DNA of 64,000 nt from Eledone cirrhosa (Eukaryota), in contig OZ024747.1 in NCBI GenBank assembly GCA_964016885.1, positions 12,338,001 to 12,402,000 on the forward strand, read 5' to 3'. Each line of letters starts with the position of its first letter. Position 1 is the stretch's first letter. The notes under the pieces are model-generated. The model saw only the letters and a program-made list of their open reading frames with translations. It did not search any database and was not told the DNA's origin. Positions 27,607 to 40,613 of this stretch are shown piece after piece. The translations under genes and the position numbers were made by a program.

Positions 27607-27762
27607 CGTGAAATTCCGTTATAACGAAATTCACGGGGCATAAGAAATATTCGTTGTAACGAAAAATTCTTTATAACGAGATCGACTTAACACATCGAGC
27701 ATGTGGCCGGGGATTGAAAAACTTTCAGCATAATGGTATTCGTTATAACGGAATTTTAGCTG
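27607..27762. mobile_element. pogo/Tigger-like MITE
   Basis: TIRs gaaattccgttataacgaa / ttcgttataacggaatttt in a TA context; second copy at 31302. Confidence 0.7.
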
Positions 27763-27779
27763 TGTATATATATATATAT

Positions 27780-28740
27780 GGCAACTGACTTGGTAAATAC
27801 CCACAAAATTATTAACTATGTTGTCAACAACAACCCTGAGTATCTCTTTGGATTCCATGTGTCTAACACACGTGGGCATGCCTACAAAGTCAGAAAACAG
27901 CACAGCTCCCATGACTTTCGGAAATATTTTTTCATGCTCACAGTTGCTGAAGTATGGAATAAACTACCTGCATCAGTTATTAGCTGTCGAGACACTGCAT
28001 CCTTTAAAATCTCCATGGAACAAACTACCTGCATCAGTTGTTAGCTGTCGAGACACTGCATCCTTTAAAATCTCCATGGAACAAACTACCTGCATCAGTT
28101 GTTAGCTGTCGAGACACTGCATCCTTTAAAATCTCCATGGAACAAACTACCTGCATCAGTTGTTAGCTGTCGAGACACTGCATCCTTTAAAATCTCCATG
28201 GAACAAACTACCTTCATCAGTTATTAGCTGTCGAGACACTGCATCCTTTAAAATCTCCATGGAACAAACTACCTGCATCAGTTGTTAGCTGTCGAGACAC
28301 TGCATCCTTTAAAATCTCCATGGAACAAACTACCTTCATCAGTTATTAGCTGTCGAGACACTGCATCCTTTAAAATCTCCATGGGACAAACTACCTGCAT
28401 CAGTTATTAGCTGTCGAGACACTGCATCCTTTAAAACCTCCATGGAACAAACTACCTGCATCAGTTATTAGCTGTCGAGACACTGCATCCTTTAAAATCT
28501 CCATGAAACAAACTACCTGCATCAGTTATTAGCTGTCAAGACTCTGCATCCTTTAAAACCTCCATGTTTCCTGAGATTCGCCAACACTACACCTGATATC
28601 CCCCCCCCCTCCATACACACGCACACGTGTATATCATGACCCATTCACCGTACACTTTCCTGACATTAGTACATTATTCTATGTACTATACATGCACCTT
28701 TGTTGGGTTGTAGTGCATCTGAGCACTATACACAATAATT
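27780..28740 (+). mobile_element. CR1-type LINE 3' end containing a 10 x 61-bp tandem array (27957-28566)
   Basis: ATDLVNTHKIIN...SNTRGHAYKVRKQHSSHDFRKYFF..VAEVWNKLPASVISCRDTASFK; same family and same unit as 15048-16240. Confidence 0.88.
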
Positions 28741-28866
28741 TATATATAAGGTCGTGAATTGTTGACCACAGAGGAAAGGGCAGGCGATTCAAGAACACAC
28801 GCCTTGTCCGTTCCCTTGTCGTTTCTGTCTGGATTGACTTGGGAACGTAACCTTATTATGTAAGAA

Positions 28867-28941
28867 GCTGTCTGATGATGTCACGGCACTGGGTACACAG
28901 AATCGTGTGGCCACTGTCGTCATTGAAATATGTATCACAGC
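28867..28941 (+). ncRNA. Type-I hammerhead ribozyme motif with extended stem II
   Basis: gctgt-CTGATGA-tgtcacggca...tgtcgtcatt-GAAA-tatgt-ATC-acagc; 5-bp stem I gctgt/acagc; AATAAA follows. Confidence 0.6.
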
Positions 28942-29386
28942 ATTACCAATAAAGGACTTTAACATCTGAAACTACTTCGCATTTTCTCATTATATATTAT
29001 ATATATAGTGAAATAAGATAACAAGACGATTGGTTACTCTTGCATTACGTTTATTGCTTGGTGACGCGCGTTTCGCCACTGATCAGCTCAATGTTCGATC
29101 TGACCCGATTCTGTTATCCGCGGCACGTCAGCCCCCTTGTACTGTTAATGGAAAAAATTCTTGTTATCTTATTTCACTATAATACACTCTGTCTAGCTCT
29201 ACACCTCGACACTGAAGTGAACCTAAAGATCGAGTGCTCACCCGGGTGAACCTACAGTAACTCCAAGTTACACTCCCTGTATATATATATATACCTATGA
29301 CCGTTGGTAAATCACTGATGAGGGACTCATTTTATAACATGTTATCCATGTGCAACCATGCAGTATTATTCTCCCCATTTTTTCAC

Positions 29387-29422
<36 letters not shown>

Positions 29423-29489
29423 ATACTTCTCTTAATTTTTGACCGGTCACCTTCTTCCTGGCAAGGTTGTTAAGAAAGGTAAATTGTCG

Positions 29490-29800
29490 TCGTCTCTTGT
29501 TTAATCGTAAGAATGTTTTACAGATTTTGAAGATTTCAGATATTGTGGTCATTTGACCAAGCTGTAACTTCAATAATAACAGGTATGAAGCCGAATGTGT
29601 ATCTTGGGTACTAGATCTGCAAACTCCTCATCAATGGTCCGTAGATGTCCTCCTTCTCTTGCATTTTTCTTACCACACTGACATCAAATGGGCAGCTGAC
29701 TTCTACAACAGAGCTACTTGCCGGGACGCCATGTTAGGCTTTTAAGTATAGTTTATGTCCTCCATGGTCTGTGTTTTTCGTCTCAAGTACCCATAAACAA
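29490..29800 (-). mobile_element. R4/Dong/NeSL-like REL-endonuclease C-terminal relic
   Basis: VVEVSCPFDVSVVRKMQEKEDIYGPLMRSLQI*YP..FIPVII...KICKTFL. Confidence 0.6.
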
Positions 29801-30387
29801 CCTTCTCGGGGAATTAGTCCATTTTTCTTCAATTTTGTTCGAACATTGGGTAGAGTCTTCCTATGTTCCTGGGAAGGAGATTTGTACCAGCTTTTATTTC
29901 ATGATTCTCCCAGATCAGTGGCTATCCTAAAAATAGGTTAACTTTGCCTTTCATCCTCACGAGGTCGATAAAATAAAGTACCAGTAATACACTGGGATAA
30001 TTGCCGGCCTTGTGCCCAAAGTAGAAATAATTATTATTTCCATGCTCATAAACCTGACCTTTTTCTTTTGTTGAAGATGTAGCTTCAATGTTATTAGCCG
30101 GGTTTTATATGATGTTAATATGGATTTTAGGCAAAGCTACTCTCATTGCGTGAGCTTATAATATAGCTTATCTATGTCACCATTGATGTTAAAGTTTCCA
30201 GTACCACTGGCTAGCTTGCGAGTCCTTACATCTATCTCATTCAGTTCTGCAATGGCCAATACATCGGGCCAGATGTTGGCGTTAGGATGGGCACAGCAAA
30301 AGTATTATGGGCAATATACTTGTATGCTGAGAGTTCTAATGACCATATTCTCTTTACTCTCCTGGGGTATTCATTCCTGGTCCTCTG

Positions 30388-30560
30388 TCTGTATGTTCCA
30401 GCGCATTAGCCTCGCCATCGCCCGAGGCAACGCTGCGAGTGTGCTGGCTTGCCTCAAAAATCAATAGAGAGGTTGCCCAGTACCCCTCGCTGCTGTCTTT
30501 TGCTCTGGAGTTGGTTCGGTTGTTCACCCCTTCCTTTACATTTTCTTTAATATTGTAACA
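30388..30560 (+). mobile_element. CRE-clade retrotransposon extreme 3' end
   Basis: MFQRISLAIARGNAASVLACL*. Confidence 0.6.
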
Positions 30561-31019
30561 TTAAAAGAATATATCTTTCTTATATATAAACTGTGGGTTG
30601 GCACAATCTGTACACACACACAAACATATCCATACAAACATACACACACAAACATACACACACAAACATACACATACATGATCGAGCAGATCTATCTTCA
30701 AAGTCTTTTCAGCCGTGACAACCCCGTTTTTTCGCCTTGACACAGTGCATAACAAAACATCTTTAATATGTGTGGTCCTGCATACACTGTGGCGATTATG
30801 TAAGGCAGTGATTATGTACTGGGGTGATATTTCTAGCAGGTAGATTGATTTGGGTAGAAATTCACTCGATTGCTGAAATGAATGTTTGTATGTATTTAAT
30901 ATACAAAATATGTTGCTCAGTAGGAAGTGAAGCGTGTAAAAAATATTGCTACAGGCACAATATATACGTGTGTATGTGTGTGTATATATATATATATATA
31001 TACAATATATATATATATA

Positions 31020-31059
<40 letters not shown>

Positions 31060-31301
31060 ATATTAATATATAGTAATAATTGTTTCTACTTTAGGCACAA
31101 GGCCAACAATTACCCAGTACATTACTGGTACTTTATTTTATCGTCCCCGTAAGGATGAAAGGCAAAGTTAACCTCGGCGGGATTTGAATGTGAAGACTAA
31201 AATCCGAAGAGGGCTCTATAAGTTTCAGAAGATCCCGTTAAGAGTGAAAGCCTATTTCTTTGCTTAAACTTTAATCTGTTATTTTAATATATATATATAT
31301 A

Positions 31302-31488
31302 CAGTGAAATTCCAATATAACGAAATTCACGTGGTATAAAAAAATTCGTTGTAACGAAAAATTCTTTATAATGAGATCGACCCAAACAAATCGAACGTTT
31401 GTTTGTTGTTACCTCGGGGGATTAAAAGAAATTTCGTTATACTGAAAAATTCGTTATAATGGTATTCGCTATAAAGGAATTTTACCTG
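31302..31488. mobile_element. pogo/Tigger-like MITE, copy 2
   Basis: TA|cagtgaaattccaatataacgaa ... ttcgctataaaggaattttacctg|TA. Confidence 0.72.
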
Positions 31489-32231
31489 TATGTGTGTGTA
31501 TGTGTTCGCACACCTGTAAATTCATATTTTGAACGGCTATAAACCGGTCCATTAACAAATATAAATATATTACTACCCACGACAGGTGCAAAATTAATAG
31601 TTGATGTTAAAGTCTTATCGAGCAGACAATAATTATAAAATGTGAGCAACTTCTAATAACCACCCCATAATTACTTCAGGAATAGTGTATCTTGGAGTAC
31701 ATTATTCCAATGTTTCGTTGTTGCTTTTTTTTCTTTTTTCGAAGTTGTATAATTTGAAGGAGATTTGGTTACTATTTCTAGCAGGTCGAGACATCTTATA
31801 AATATATCTACCTACTAATCATCAGGTGACCTTATATATCTATTTATCCTATCTACCTAAATATGTATGATAAACTTCGATAATTTTGATAGTTTCCGGG
31901 CAGTATTGACCCAAACCATGTATATATCACAAATCAGTGTGAATCATGGTATGGCTGTTGTTGTAGACTCGTTTTTTATACCCCGTCGGGGTTACTGCTT
32001 CGCTTTCGTTGTTGATGTCTTTGAGAGAAAGGCATGAGGCTCACAACATCCCTCTTTTGTTTTTTTTTGCTTTTATGTCAGACTACGGCGACCCTTCATC
32101 TTATTTCTAGACCCAGGGCGTTAACAAGCGGCCCGCCAGACCAGTCAGAGTGGCCCGCGATGACCGTTTTTAATGTTTATCTTGTAGGCTTATTTAGAAT
32201 TTTTTTCGTAACCGTAATACAATTTTCTGTT

Positions 32232-32511
32232 AGTTGACCTACACTAAAGGGCTTCACTGAAAGGGTTATGTGTGTTGTAATTTCCCAGTTGACCTACACT
32301 AAAGGACTTCACTGATAGGGTTTTGTGTGTTGTAATTTCCCAGTTGACCTACACTAAAGGGCTTCACTGAAAGGGTTTTGTGTGTTGTAATTTCCCAGTT
32401 GACCTACACTAAAGGGCTTCACTGAAAGGGTTATGTGTGTTGTAATTTCCCAGTTGACCTACACTAAAGGGCTTCACTGAAAGGGTTATGTGTGTTGTAA
32501 TTTCCCCAGTT
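32232..32511. repeat. 5 x 55-bp minisatellite
   Basis: Unit agttgacctacactaaagggcttcactgaaagggttatgtgtgttgtaatttccc at 32232, 32287, 32342, 32397 and 32452. Confidence 0.95.
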
Positions 32512-33024
32512 CCATGTTATGGACTGAAATTGTGGTGAATCTTTGGAATGATACTTAATAAATATTAATGGCCCTAATAGTTGTTCTAATGTTCAAAAGG
32601 GGACTGCCAATGGAATATGTTGTACACCCCTAGACGAATATAGATGACTTTCCGCTAGCTCTAAATAGGTTACGAACAATATGTATATTATGTAAGTATA
32701 TTATATGTTTGTTACGTGAGTGTTCGATAATATCTTATTACATCAGAAAAATTGCTGCACACGCCCACTCACGTATTACCAGCGATTGTTCGTCTTGAAA
32801 CTGGTGGTAATACGGAGTTAAGTCAAACTATTGACATAAATGCTCTCAACTTCAACATTATATGCTGACTGCTCTTTTCCTTCGTTTATACCCACACACA
32901 CACACACGCACACTATATATATATCCCAGAGATGGCAACGTGAACGGACCTGTTATTCTTCTCTAAAAAAAATGTTTCTGATTCTCCGTTGCCCGTCCCC
33001 TCAATTTTTCTAAATTCTCATTTT

Positions 33025-33062
33025 TTCTTCTGATGAAGAACTAGCGTTCGAAACGTTAAAAC
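33025..33062 (+). ncRNA. Minimal type-I hammerhead motif (Penelope-like element type)
   Basis: CTGATGA-a-gaac tagc gttc-GAAACGTTA with a self-complementary AACGTT stem III. Confidence 0.55.
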
Positions 33063-33164
33063 TCTCTTCCTGCTATTTCAAGCGTTAAACTAATATATTC
33101 CTTCTATTTACTCTACTGAATGTGTTGTTATTTCTGTTTACCTTTTACACACACACACACACAC

Positions 33165-33220
<56 letters not shown>

Positions 33221-33594
33221 ATCTGCAACTCGATTTCGAGTAATGCCATCGCTTGATACTTAAGCATGAGCAGCACTGACGTGGCCCTTTATTCCTGCTA
33301 GGGACTTGCCTATGGCCAGCAATACCATGCATCGCAAAAAAAAAACAAAAAAAAAAACATGTCACATATCAAGCGATGCCTGTGTTTGAAGCTTTTTTAA
33401 GTGAGGAAAGGCTTTGCTCAAGTTGAGCCACGGTCAGTAAAAATAAAGTATCAATGAAGCATCGTTATTGATATTATTGACAGATCCTTTCCCTGAAATT
33501 AGGCCCTATTCTCTTAACAAAGGACACCTTAGATAATGGGTATACTATAACTAGAACAAATATATGGGATATTTACAACTGGAACATCTTAGAT

Positions 33595-34547
33595 CAGTGG
33601 TTGCCAACCGGTGGTCCGCAAAAAATTTGGAGCATTATTTGCAATTTTTATGTTTGATTAATAACATAATTACTTATACTAGCAGAAAAACCACCCTTCG
33701 GGTGGTTTTCTGCTAGCATGTGTAGTGTGTATATTGATATTATACACAAATATATATGCATGTAGATATGATACATCAAATAAAATCGTAATTGACAATA
33801 TACACAGAAATTGAACGAAGCGCATGTTACACTGTCTTCTGTAATCAGTAACGTAATCCATGATACATTTAAAAAAAGACGATATTATATATAAACTGCA
33901 TTAGGAAAAAATTAGCGATGGAAATATATGCAATATTTTTATATGTGTTATAATATAACGGCCGCTAACCGGAAGTGTTGACATTTGAACATTTTAAACA
34001 AGTGAATTTTAAAGGTCTTTAAATAAGCTATAAAATATATTTAATCAACAGCCACATAAATTATATAATATTCATTCACTATTTATTCAAAGTAATCCAA
34101 CTTATTTTACAAATGGGGTAAAAAAATATATTCTGGACGCAGTCCCGTACTCCTTTCTTTATTATAGTTAAGATGATTACATAAGCATTTATAATTTTCT
34201 TATAATTAATAAAGCATTTATAATTTTGTTATATATAATTGGAGCATTTCATATTAATAAAATGGAACTTCTCGAGAGTTGGACACCATGCTTTGCAGCA
34301 TAGAGTTACGGCCCCTTATGATCTGTGTTCAAATTCTGCCGAGGTTAACTTTGCCTTTCATCCTTACAGGGTCAATAAAATAAAGCACCAGTAATACACT
34401 GGGATAATTGCTGGCCTTGTGTCAAAAGTAGAAGCAATTATTTTACAAATGTATTTATCTTTTAAAAAAAAAATTCCTATTAGTGGTCTGTGGGATTTAA
34501 AATTATGAATTTAGTGGTCTGTGAGGTCCGAAAGCTTGGCAGCCGCT
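33595..34547. mobile_element. hAT (Charlie-like) MITE hosting a Helitron and a SINE
   Basis: Left TIR cagtggttgccaac, degenerate right TIR cttggcagccgct, and the 8-bp direct repeat tcttagat at 33587 and 34548. Confidence 0.7.
33679..34173 (-). mobile_element. Non-autonomous Helitron-like element (copy 2)
   Basis: A|TC start and terminal hairpin ending CTAG|T on the - strand; homologous to 9926-10530. Confidence 0.75.
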
Positions 34548-34989
34548 TCTTAGATCATATGTCTGTCTTATGAGTGCCAACTCCGGGCTAAACAACAACA
34601 GCCACTTCAGCTTCTAATTAATCAGTCACAGTTTAGTGCCATTTATGTCACAGTCGAGTTAATCTATTCTGTTGTGGTTTTTCCCATGAAGTACTTTATT
34701 TCTTGTTGATATATCTTAATATTTATTTCCTTCTATAATGTTTCATCTCCTGCGTGACCTTTAAGGGCAGTGCATTGGCAAAATCATTAGAGCATTGGAT
34801 AAATGCTTCATCATATTTGTTCATATTTATTCTGGCTCTTTACATTCTGAGTTCAAATCCTGCCAAGGTAAACTTTACCTTTCATCCTTCCAGGGTTGAT
34901 AAAATAAAGTACCAGTCATGTACTGCGGTTGATATTATTGACTTTCCACTTTTTCCCAAAATTGCTGGCCTTGAGCCTAAATTAGAACT

Positions 34990-35618
34990 CATTATCATCA
35001 CCACCATTACCACCACCCACCATCATCACTACTGCCACCATCACCACCACCATATAATCATCACTATCACTACTACTACCATCACCACCACCATCATCAC
35101 TACCACCACCACCGCCCACCATCATCACTACTGCCACCATCACCACCACCATATAATCATCACTATCACTACTACTACCATCACCACCATCATCATCACT
35201 ACTACCACCACCACCCACCATCATCACTACTGCCACCATCACCACCACCATATAATCATCACTATCACTACTACTACCATCACCACCACCATCATCACTA
35301 CTGCCACCATTTCCATCACCACCACCATCATCTCTACTACCACCACCACCACCACCATCATCACTACTGCCACCATCACCACCACCATATAATCATCACT
35401 ATCACTACTACTACCATCACCACCACCATCATCACTACTGCCACCATTTCCACCACCATCACCACCACCATCATCACTACTACCACCACCACCCACCATC
35501 ATCATACTGCCACCATTTCCACCACCATATAATCATCACCATCACCACTACCACCATCATCACCACCATCATCACTACTACCACCATCACCACCACCATC
35601 ATCATAATCATCGCCATC
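34990..35618. repeat. (CAC/CAT)n compound repeat with higher-order duplications of about 100 bp
   Basis: Read directly. Confidence 0.92.
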
Positions 35619-36205
35619 AAGCCTTGTTTTGGTTGTTTTTTTTTATTTCCTAAATACACTATTTACAGTTAGTGTAAACATTTTCCAAACCGGTTCATTT
35701 TTGACCTCTATTGTGAGATTTAACTATGAGCAAATATATTACCAATCTTAGTTTTTTTTTTCTTTTTGCCTGATAAGATTTCTCTCTCTCACCTCAGTGT
35801 GTACTTTAGCCAATCAACAAGTGTGCTTTATTCACTTCTTTTAAAAATGATACTTAAATATGGTGAGGTAAAACTATAGAACCGTGTGGTGGATTTATCC
35901 ATTGCCACACACAATATTGACATTGAGAACGTTTTATTGTGAATATATATAATAGGTTGGTCCACAGTGAAGCAATTGCAGTTAAAACTGTATGTTTAAC
36001 AGAGAGACATTGAGAGGATAATAAAGCTTCTGTTTAGACAAGTTTCTGACATATTTCTCATTAGGAGCTGTTGCTATTTGTTATTTCACCTATATTGGTA
36101 AAGTCCATTAGAAAGTAATGGTTGTGACTGCACCTATTTTTCACTGCTCCCTGAGACTTGATACAATCTATTTTAAGAAATAGAAAGTATTTTTTTTTTA
36201 AATAA

Positions 36206-36268
<63 letters not shown>

Positions 36269-36273
36269 AAATT

Positions 36274-36510
36274 CCCGAGATCCATGGATGATTTCTCTCC
36301 AGCAGTCTCTGTCCCTCATTATCGCTGCCATGCATCTCCAAGAGACCAGTGTCTGTCCTTAGGGTATCAACATATGTCAACCTCAGTCTTCCTCTTCCAG
36401 TGTGTCCATGCAGGGGCTCCCACAGGAGCACTTAGTGCAGTGTCAACTCTGGATGTCGGTGAGCATGTCCAGCTAACCTCAGCCTCCTCTGTGCTACTCT
36501 TGAGCTGACT
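36274..36510 (-). mobile_element. RTE LINE 3' relic
   Basis: LLWEPLHGHTGRGRLRLTYVDTLRTDTGL. Confidence 0.7.
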
Positions 36511-36707
36511 TTTATACATACATACATGTGTGTGTGTTTACCGTTTATGCTTGAATATAAGCTGAGGAATATAAGACCAAAAAATTGGTAAAAACATTAT
36601 TATCTTCATACACAGAAGAATATTTGTATTGTCCTTACATGTTTCACAGCTTATTGGCTGTTCAACAGAGGACAAGTATCTTCATCTTTCCTCCATGAAG
36701 AGAACTG

Positions 36708-38752
36708 TAGCAACCCCATCATTCTCTGTTGGTCAATATTCCCCTATTATTACTGTATTAACAACCCCATCATTCTCTGTTGGTCAATATTCCCCTATTA
36801 TTACTGTATTATCAGCCCCATCATTCTCTGTTGGTCAATATTCCCCTATTATTACTGTATTATCAACCCCATCATTCTCTGTTGGTCAATATTCCCCTAT
36901 TATTACTGTATTATCAACCCCATCATTCTCTGTTGGTCAATATTCCCCTATTATTACTGTATTAACAACCCCATCATTCTCTGTTGGTCAATATTCCCCT
37001 ATTATTACTGTATTATCAGCCCCATCATTCTCTGTTGGTCAATATTCCCCTATTATTACTGTATTATCAACCCCATCATTCTCTGTTGGTCAATATTCCC
37101 CTATTATTACTGTATTATCAACCCCATCATTCTCTGTTGGTCAATATTCCCCTATTATTACTGTATTAGCAACCCCATCATTCTGTGTTGGTCAATATTC
37201 CCCTATTATTACTGTATTATCAACCCCATCATTCTCTGTTGGTCAATATTCCCCTATTATTACTGTATTATCAGCCCCATCATTCTCTGTTGGTCAATAT
37301 TCCCCTATTATTACTGTATTATCAACCCCATCATTCTCTGTTGGTCAATATTCCCCTATTATTACTGTATTATCAACCCCATCATTCTCTGTTGGTCAAT
37401 ATTCCCCTATTATTACTGTATTAGCAACCCCATCATTCTCTGTTGGTCAATATTCCCCTATTATTACTGTATTATCAACCCCATCATTCTCTGTTGGTCA
37501 ATATTCCCCTATTATTACTGTATTATCAACCCCATCATTCTCTGTTGGTCAATATTCCCCTATTATTACTGTATTATCAACCCCATCATTCTCTGTTGGT
37601 CAATATTCCCCTATTATTACTGTATTAGCAACCCCATCATTCTCTGTTGGTCAATATTCCCCTATTATTACTGTATTATCAACCCCATCATTCTCTGTTG
37701 GTCAATATTCCCCTATTATTACTGTATTATCAACCCCATCATTCTCTGTTGGTCAATATTCCCCTATTATTACTGTATTAGCAACCCCATCATTCTCTGT
37801 TGGTCAATATTCCCCTATTATTACTGTATTAGCAACCCCATCATTCTCTGTTGGTCAATATTCCCCTATTATTACTGTATTATCAACCCCATCATTCTCT
37901 GTTGGTCAATATTCCCCTATTATTACTGTATTATCAACCCCATCATTCTCTGTTGGTCAATATTCCCCTATTATTACTGTATTAGCAACCCCATCATTCT
38001 CTGTTGGTCAATATTCCCCTATTATTACTGTATTAACAACCCCATCATTCTCTGTTGGTCAATATTCCCCTATTATTACTGTATTATCAGCCCCATCATT
38101 CTCTGTTGGTCAATATTCCCCTATTATTACTGTATTATCAACCCCATCATTCTCTGTTGGTCAATATTCCCCTATTATTACTGTATTATCAACCCCATCA
38201 TTCTCTGTTGGTCAATATTCCCCTATTATTACTGTATTAGCAACCCCATCATTCTCTGTTGGTCAATATTCCCCTATTATTACTGTATTAACAACCCCAT
38301 CATTCTCTGTTGGTCAATATTCCCCTATTATTACTGTATTATCAGCCCCATCATTCTCTGTTGGTCAATATTCCCCTATTATTACTGTATTATCAACCCC
38401 ATCATTCTCTGTTGGTCAATATTCCCCTATTATTACTGTATTATCAACCCCATCATTCTCTGTTGGTCAATATTCCCCTATTATTACTGTATTATCAACC
38501 CCATCATTCTCTGTTGGTCAATATTCCCCTATTATTACTGTATTAGCAACCCCATCATTCTCTGTTGGTCAATATTCCCCTATTATTACTGTATTATCAA
38601 CCCCATCATTCTCTGTTGGTCAATATTCCCCTATTATTACTGTATTATCAACCCCATCATTCTCTGTTGGTCAATATTCCCCTATTATTACTGTATTAGC
38701 AACCCCATCATTCTCTGTTGGTCAATATTCCCCTATTATTACTGTATTAGCA
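36708..38752. repeat. Minisatellite of about 40 x 51 bp (intronic; stop-free in one + frame, 746-codon ORF)
   Basis: Unit accccatcattctctgttggtcaatattcccctattattactgtatta(tc/gc/ac)(a/ag). Confidence 0.97.
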
Positions 38753-40166
38753 GCTCCCTTGTTCTCTGCAAGTCACTATCACCCTTTTATTACTGTCACA
38801 GCAACTCCCACTTTCTGTACTAGTCTCAACCACTCTGACCACCCTATTTTCATTTCTAATTCTATATGATCAGCTCTCAACACTCCACCTCTTTAATATA
38901 ATAACTAGTATTTGCTAACCTGCTAACCAGTCTATTCTTTCTATCCCCTCATCTCTCCCTCCCTTCCATGCAATCAATATACATAATTAACCTTGTAAAT
39001 AGATATAATCTTACTACTTAGTCTTCATATAAAGAGCCTACTGAGTAAATAACCAAAATATACATGAATTCCATTGAATATTACAATAAATTATAATGAC
39101 TCTACCACCACCACCACCATCTCCACTACATCAACTCCCCCACCACCATCACTGCCACTGCTACCACCACTACCACTGCTGATGTCAACAGGAACCTCTA
39201 TGTGATCACTCAAATCACATTTTATTATCTTAAGAAACGAGGGCATATTTGATAATATTTTTTTCTATTGGTTTGGCCAAGAGCAATGATTCTGAACATA
39301 GTGGAAAGCAATATGAATATTTTACCAGGCATTCTTTTTCTAAATTTTACATGATATCTTATTACCATTAAACCTGTTTTATGTTGAAGGAGGTATTAAA
39401 TCTTATGAGAAGTCATGATGGGTCACTTGTCTAGAGTGAGGGGTTGTCCATCCTCATGACCTTGAGGCCCTTCGACACTGGTGACATCAATGCAATTTAT
39501 GTTCCTCTTTAACCCTTTCATTACCAACCTGACCAAAACTTTCTCTGGTTTTATGAAACAAAACCATCCAAGAGATTTTTGTCTCATCTTAAAACTAAAG
39601 AAACCAGAACTTATCATATTTACCATAAATCAGGTTCACTACCTTCCTACATACCCATATTTAACATCAATTAATTTAAATTTTAGAGTTGTTCCTTTAC
39701 CCTTCTTGACCAGAATTAATTATTAAGCTAGTTTCTTTTTTTTTTCTTTTCTTTATTGTGTGTGACAGCTCACACCTATGCAGGTTTAGCTGGCCTCCTC
39801 CAAAGTATATCTCGTTGGAGGTGTCTTGGGTGATTTAATGATAGGGACCCCAGTCCTATCATCTCATTTCTACAGCTGAGTAAACTGGAGCAACGTGAAA
39901 TAAAGTGTCTTGCTCAGTCCGAGAATTGAACTCACAACCTTTCGATTGCAAGCCCAATACTCTAACCACTAAGCCATGCACCTTCACTTTCTTTTCTTTA
40001 TTTGGTGTCATTTTAATTAACTTTATGATACCAATCTGTTTGAGACTGTATTAGGTCCAATAATTCAAAACTTCTCCTTTTAAAATCTCAAAATGTCTGC
40101 CATCCATTTTGCATTGTCATAGCCTTCAAATAACATACTACTTTATACGCTAACACAATGCTTTAA

Positions 40167-40384
40167 CCCTTTAGCATTTAAACCGGCCATATCTGACCAG
40201 AATTCTCTCACTTCTTTCTGTTCAAACTGGCCATAACCGACCACTCATACCAACATTAAGGTATTGTTTTCAAAATAAATAACATCATCGAAATCTCGTA
40301 GATTTGATATTATGTGAAATAATTATGTGAGATAAAGTGATATAAATATAATAGTAAATATGGAATAATGTAAATGCTAAAGGG
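40167..40384. mobile_element. piggyBac-like MITE (opposite orientation to the other copies)
   Basis: TTAA|ccctttagcattta ... taaatgctaaaggg TIRs. Confidence 0.75.
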
Positions 40385-40613
40385 TTGAGCAAACTACAAC
40401 ACCTAAAAAAAAAATTGTTTCACTAATTTCTTCTAAACTCTTGATTATATTCATAAAATTGATTGAAACAGATATGTATTATATTTCATTAGAGAATATT
40501 GTCATCAAATTAATTGTTTTTGGTTTGTTAGATTAATTAGACCAGCAACAATAAGTGTAAGTAACCATGTTGGTATTTATGGATTAACATTTTTAAATTT
40601 TTGTCTTTGTCAG

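Noticed and set aside
36708-38752. CRISPR-like appearance of the 51-, 55-, 60- and 61-bp arrays
   Set aside because: The units are contiguous with no unique spacers, there are no cas genes, and the context is eukaryotic.
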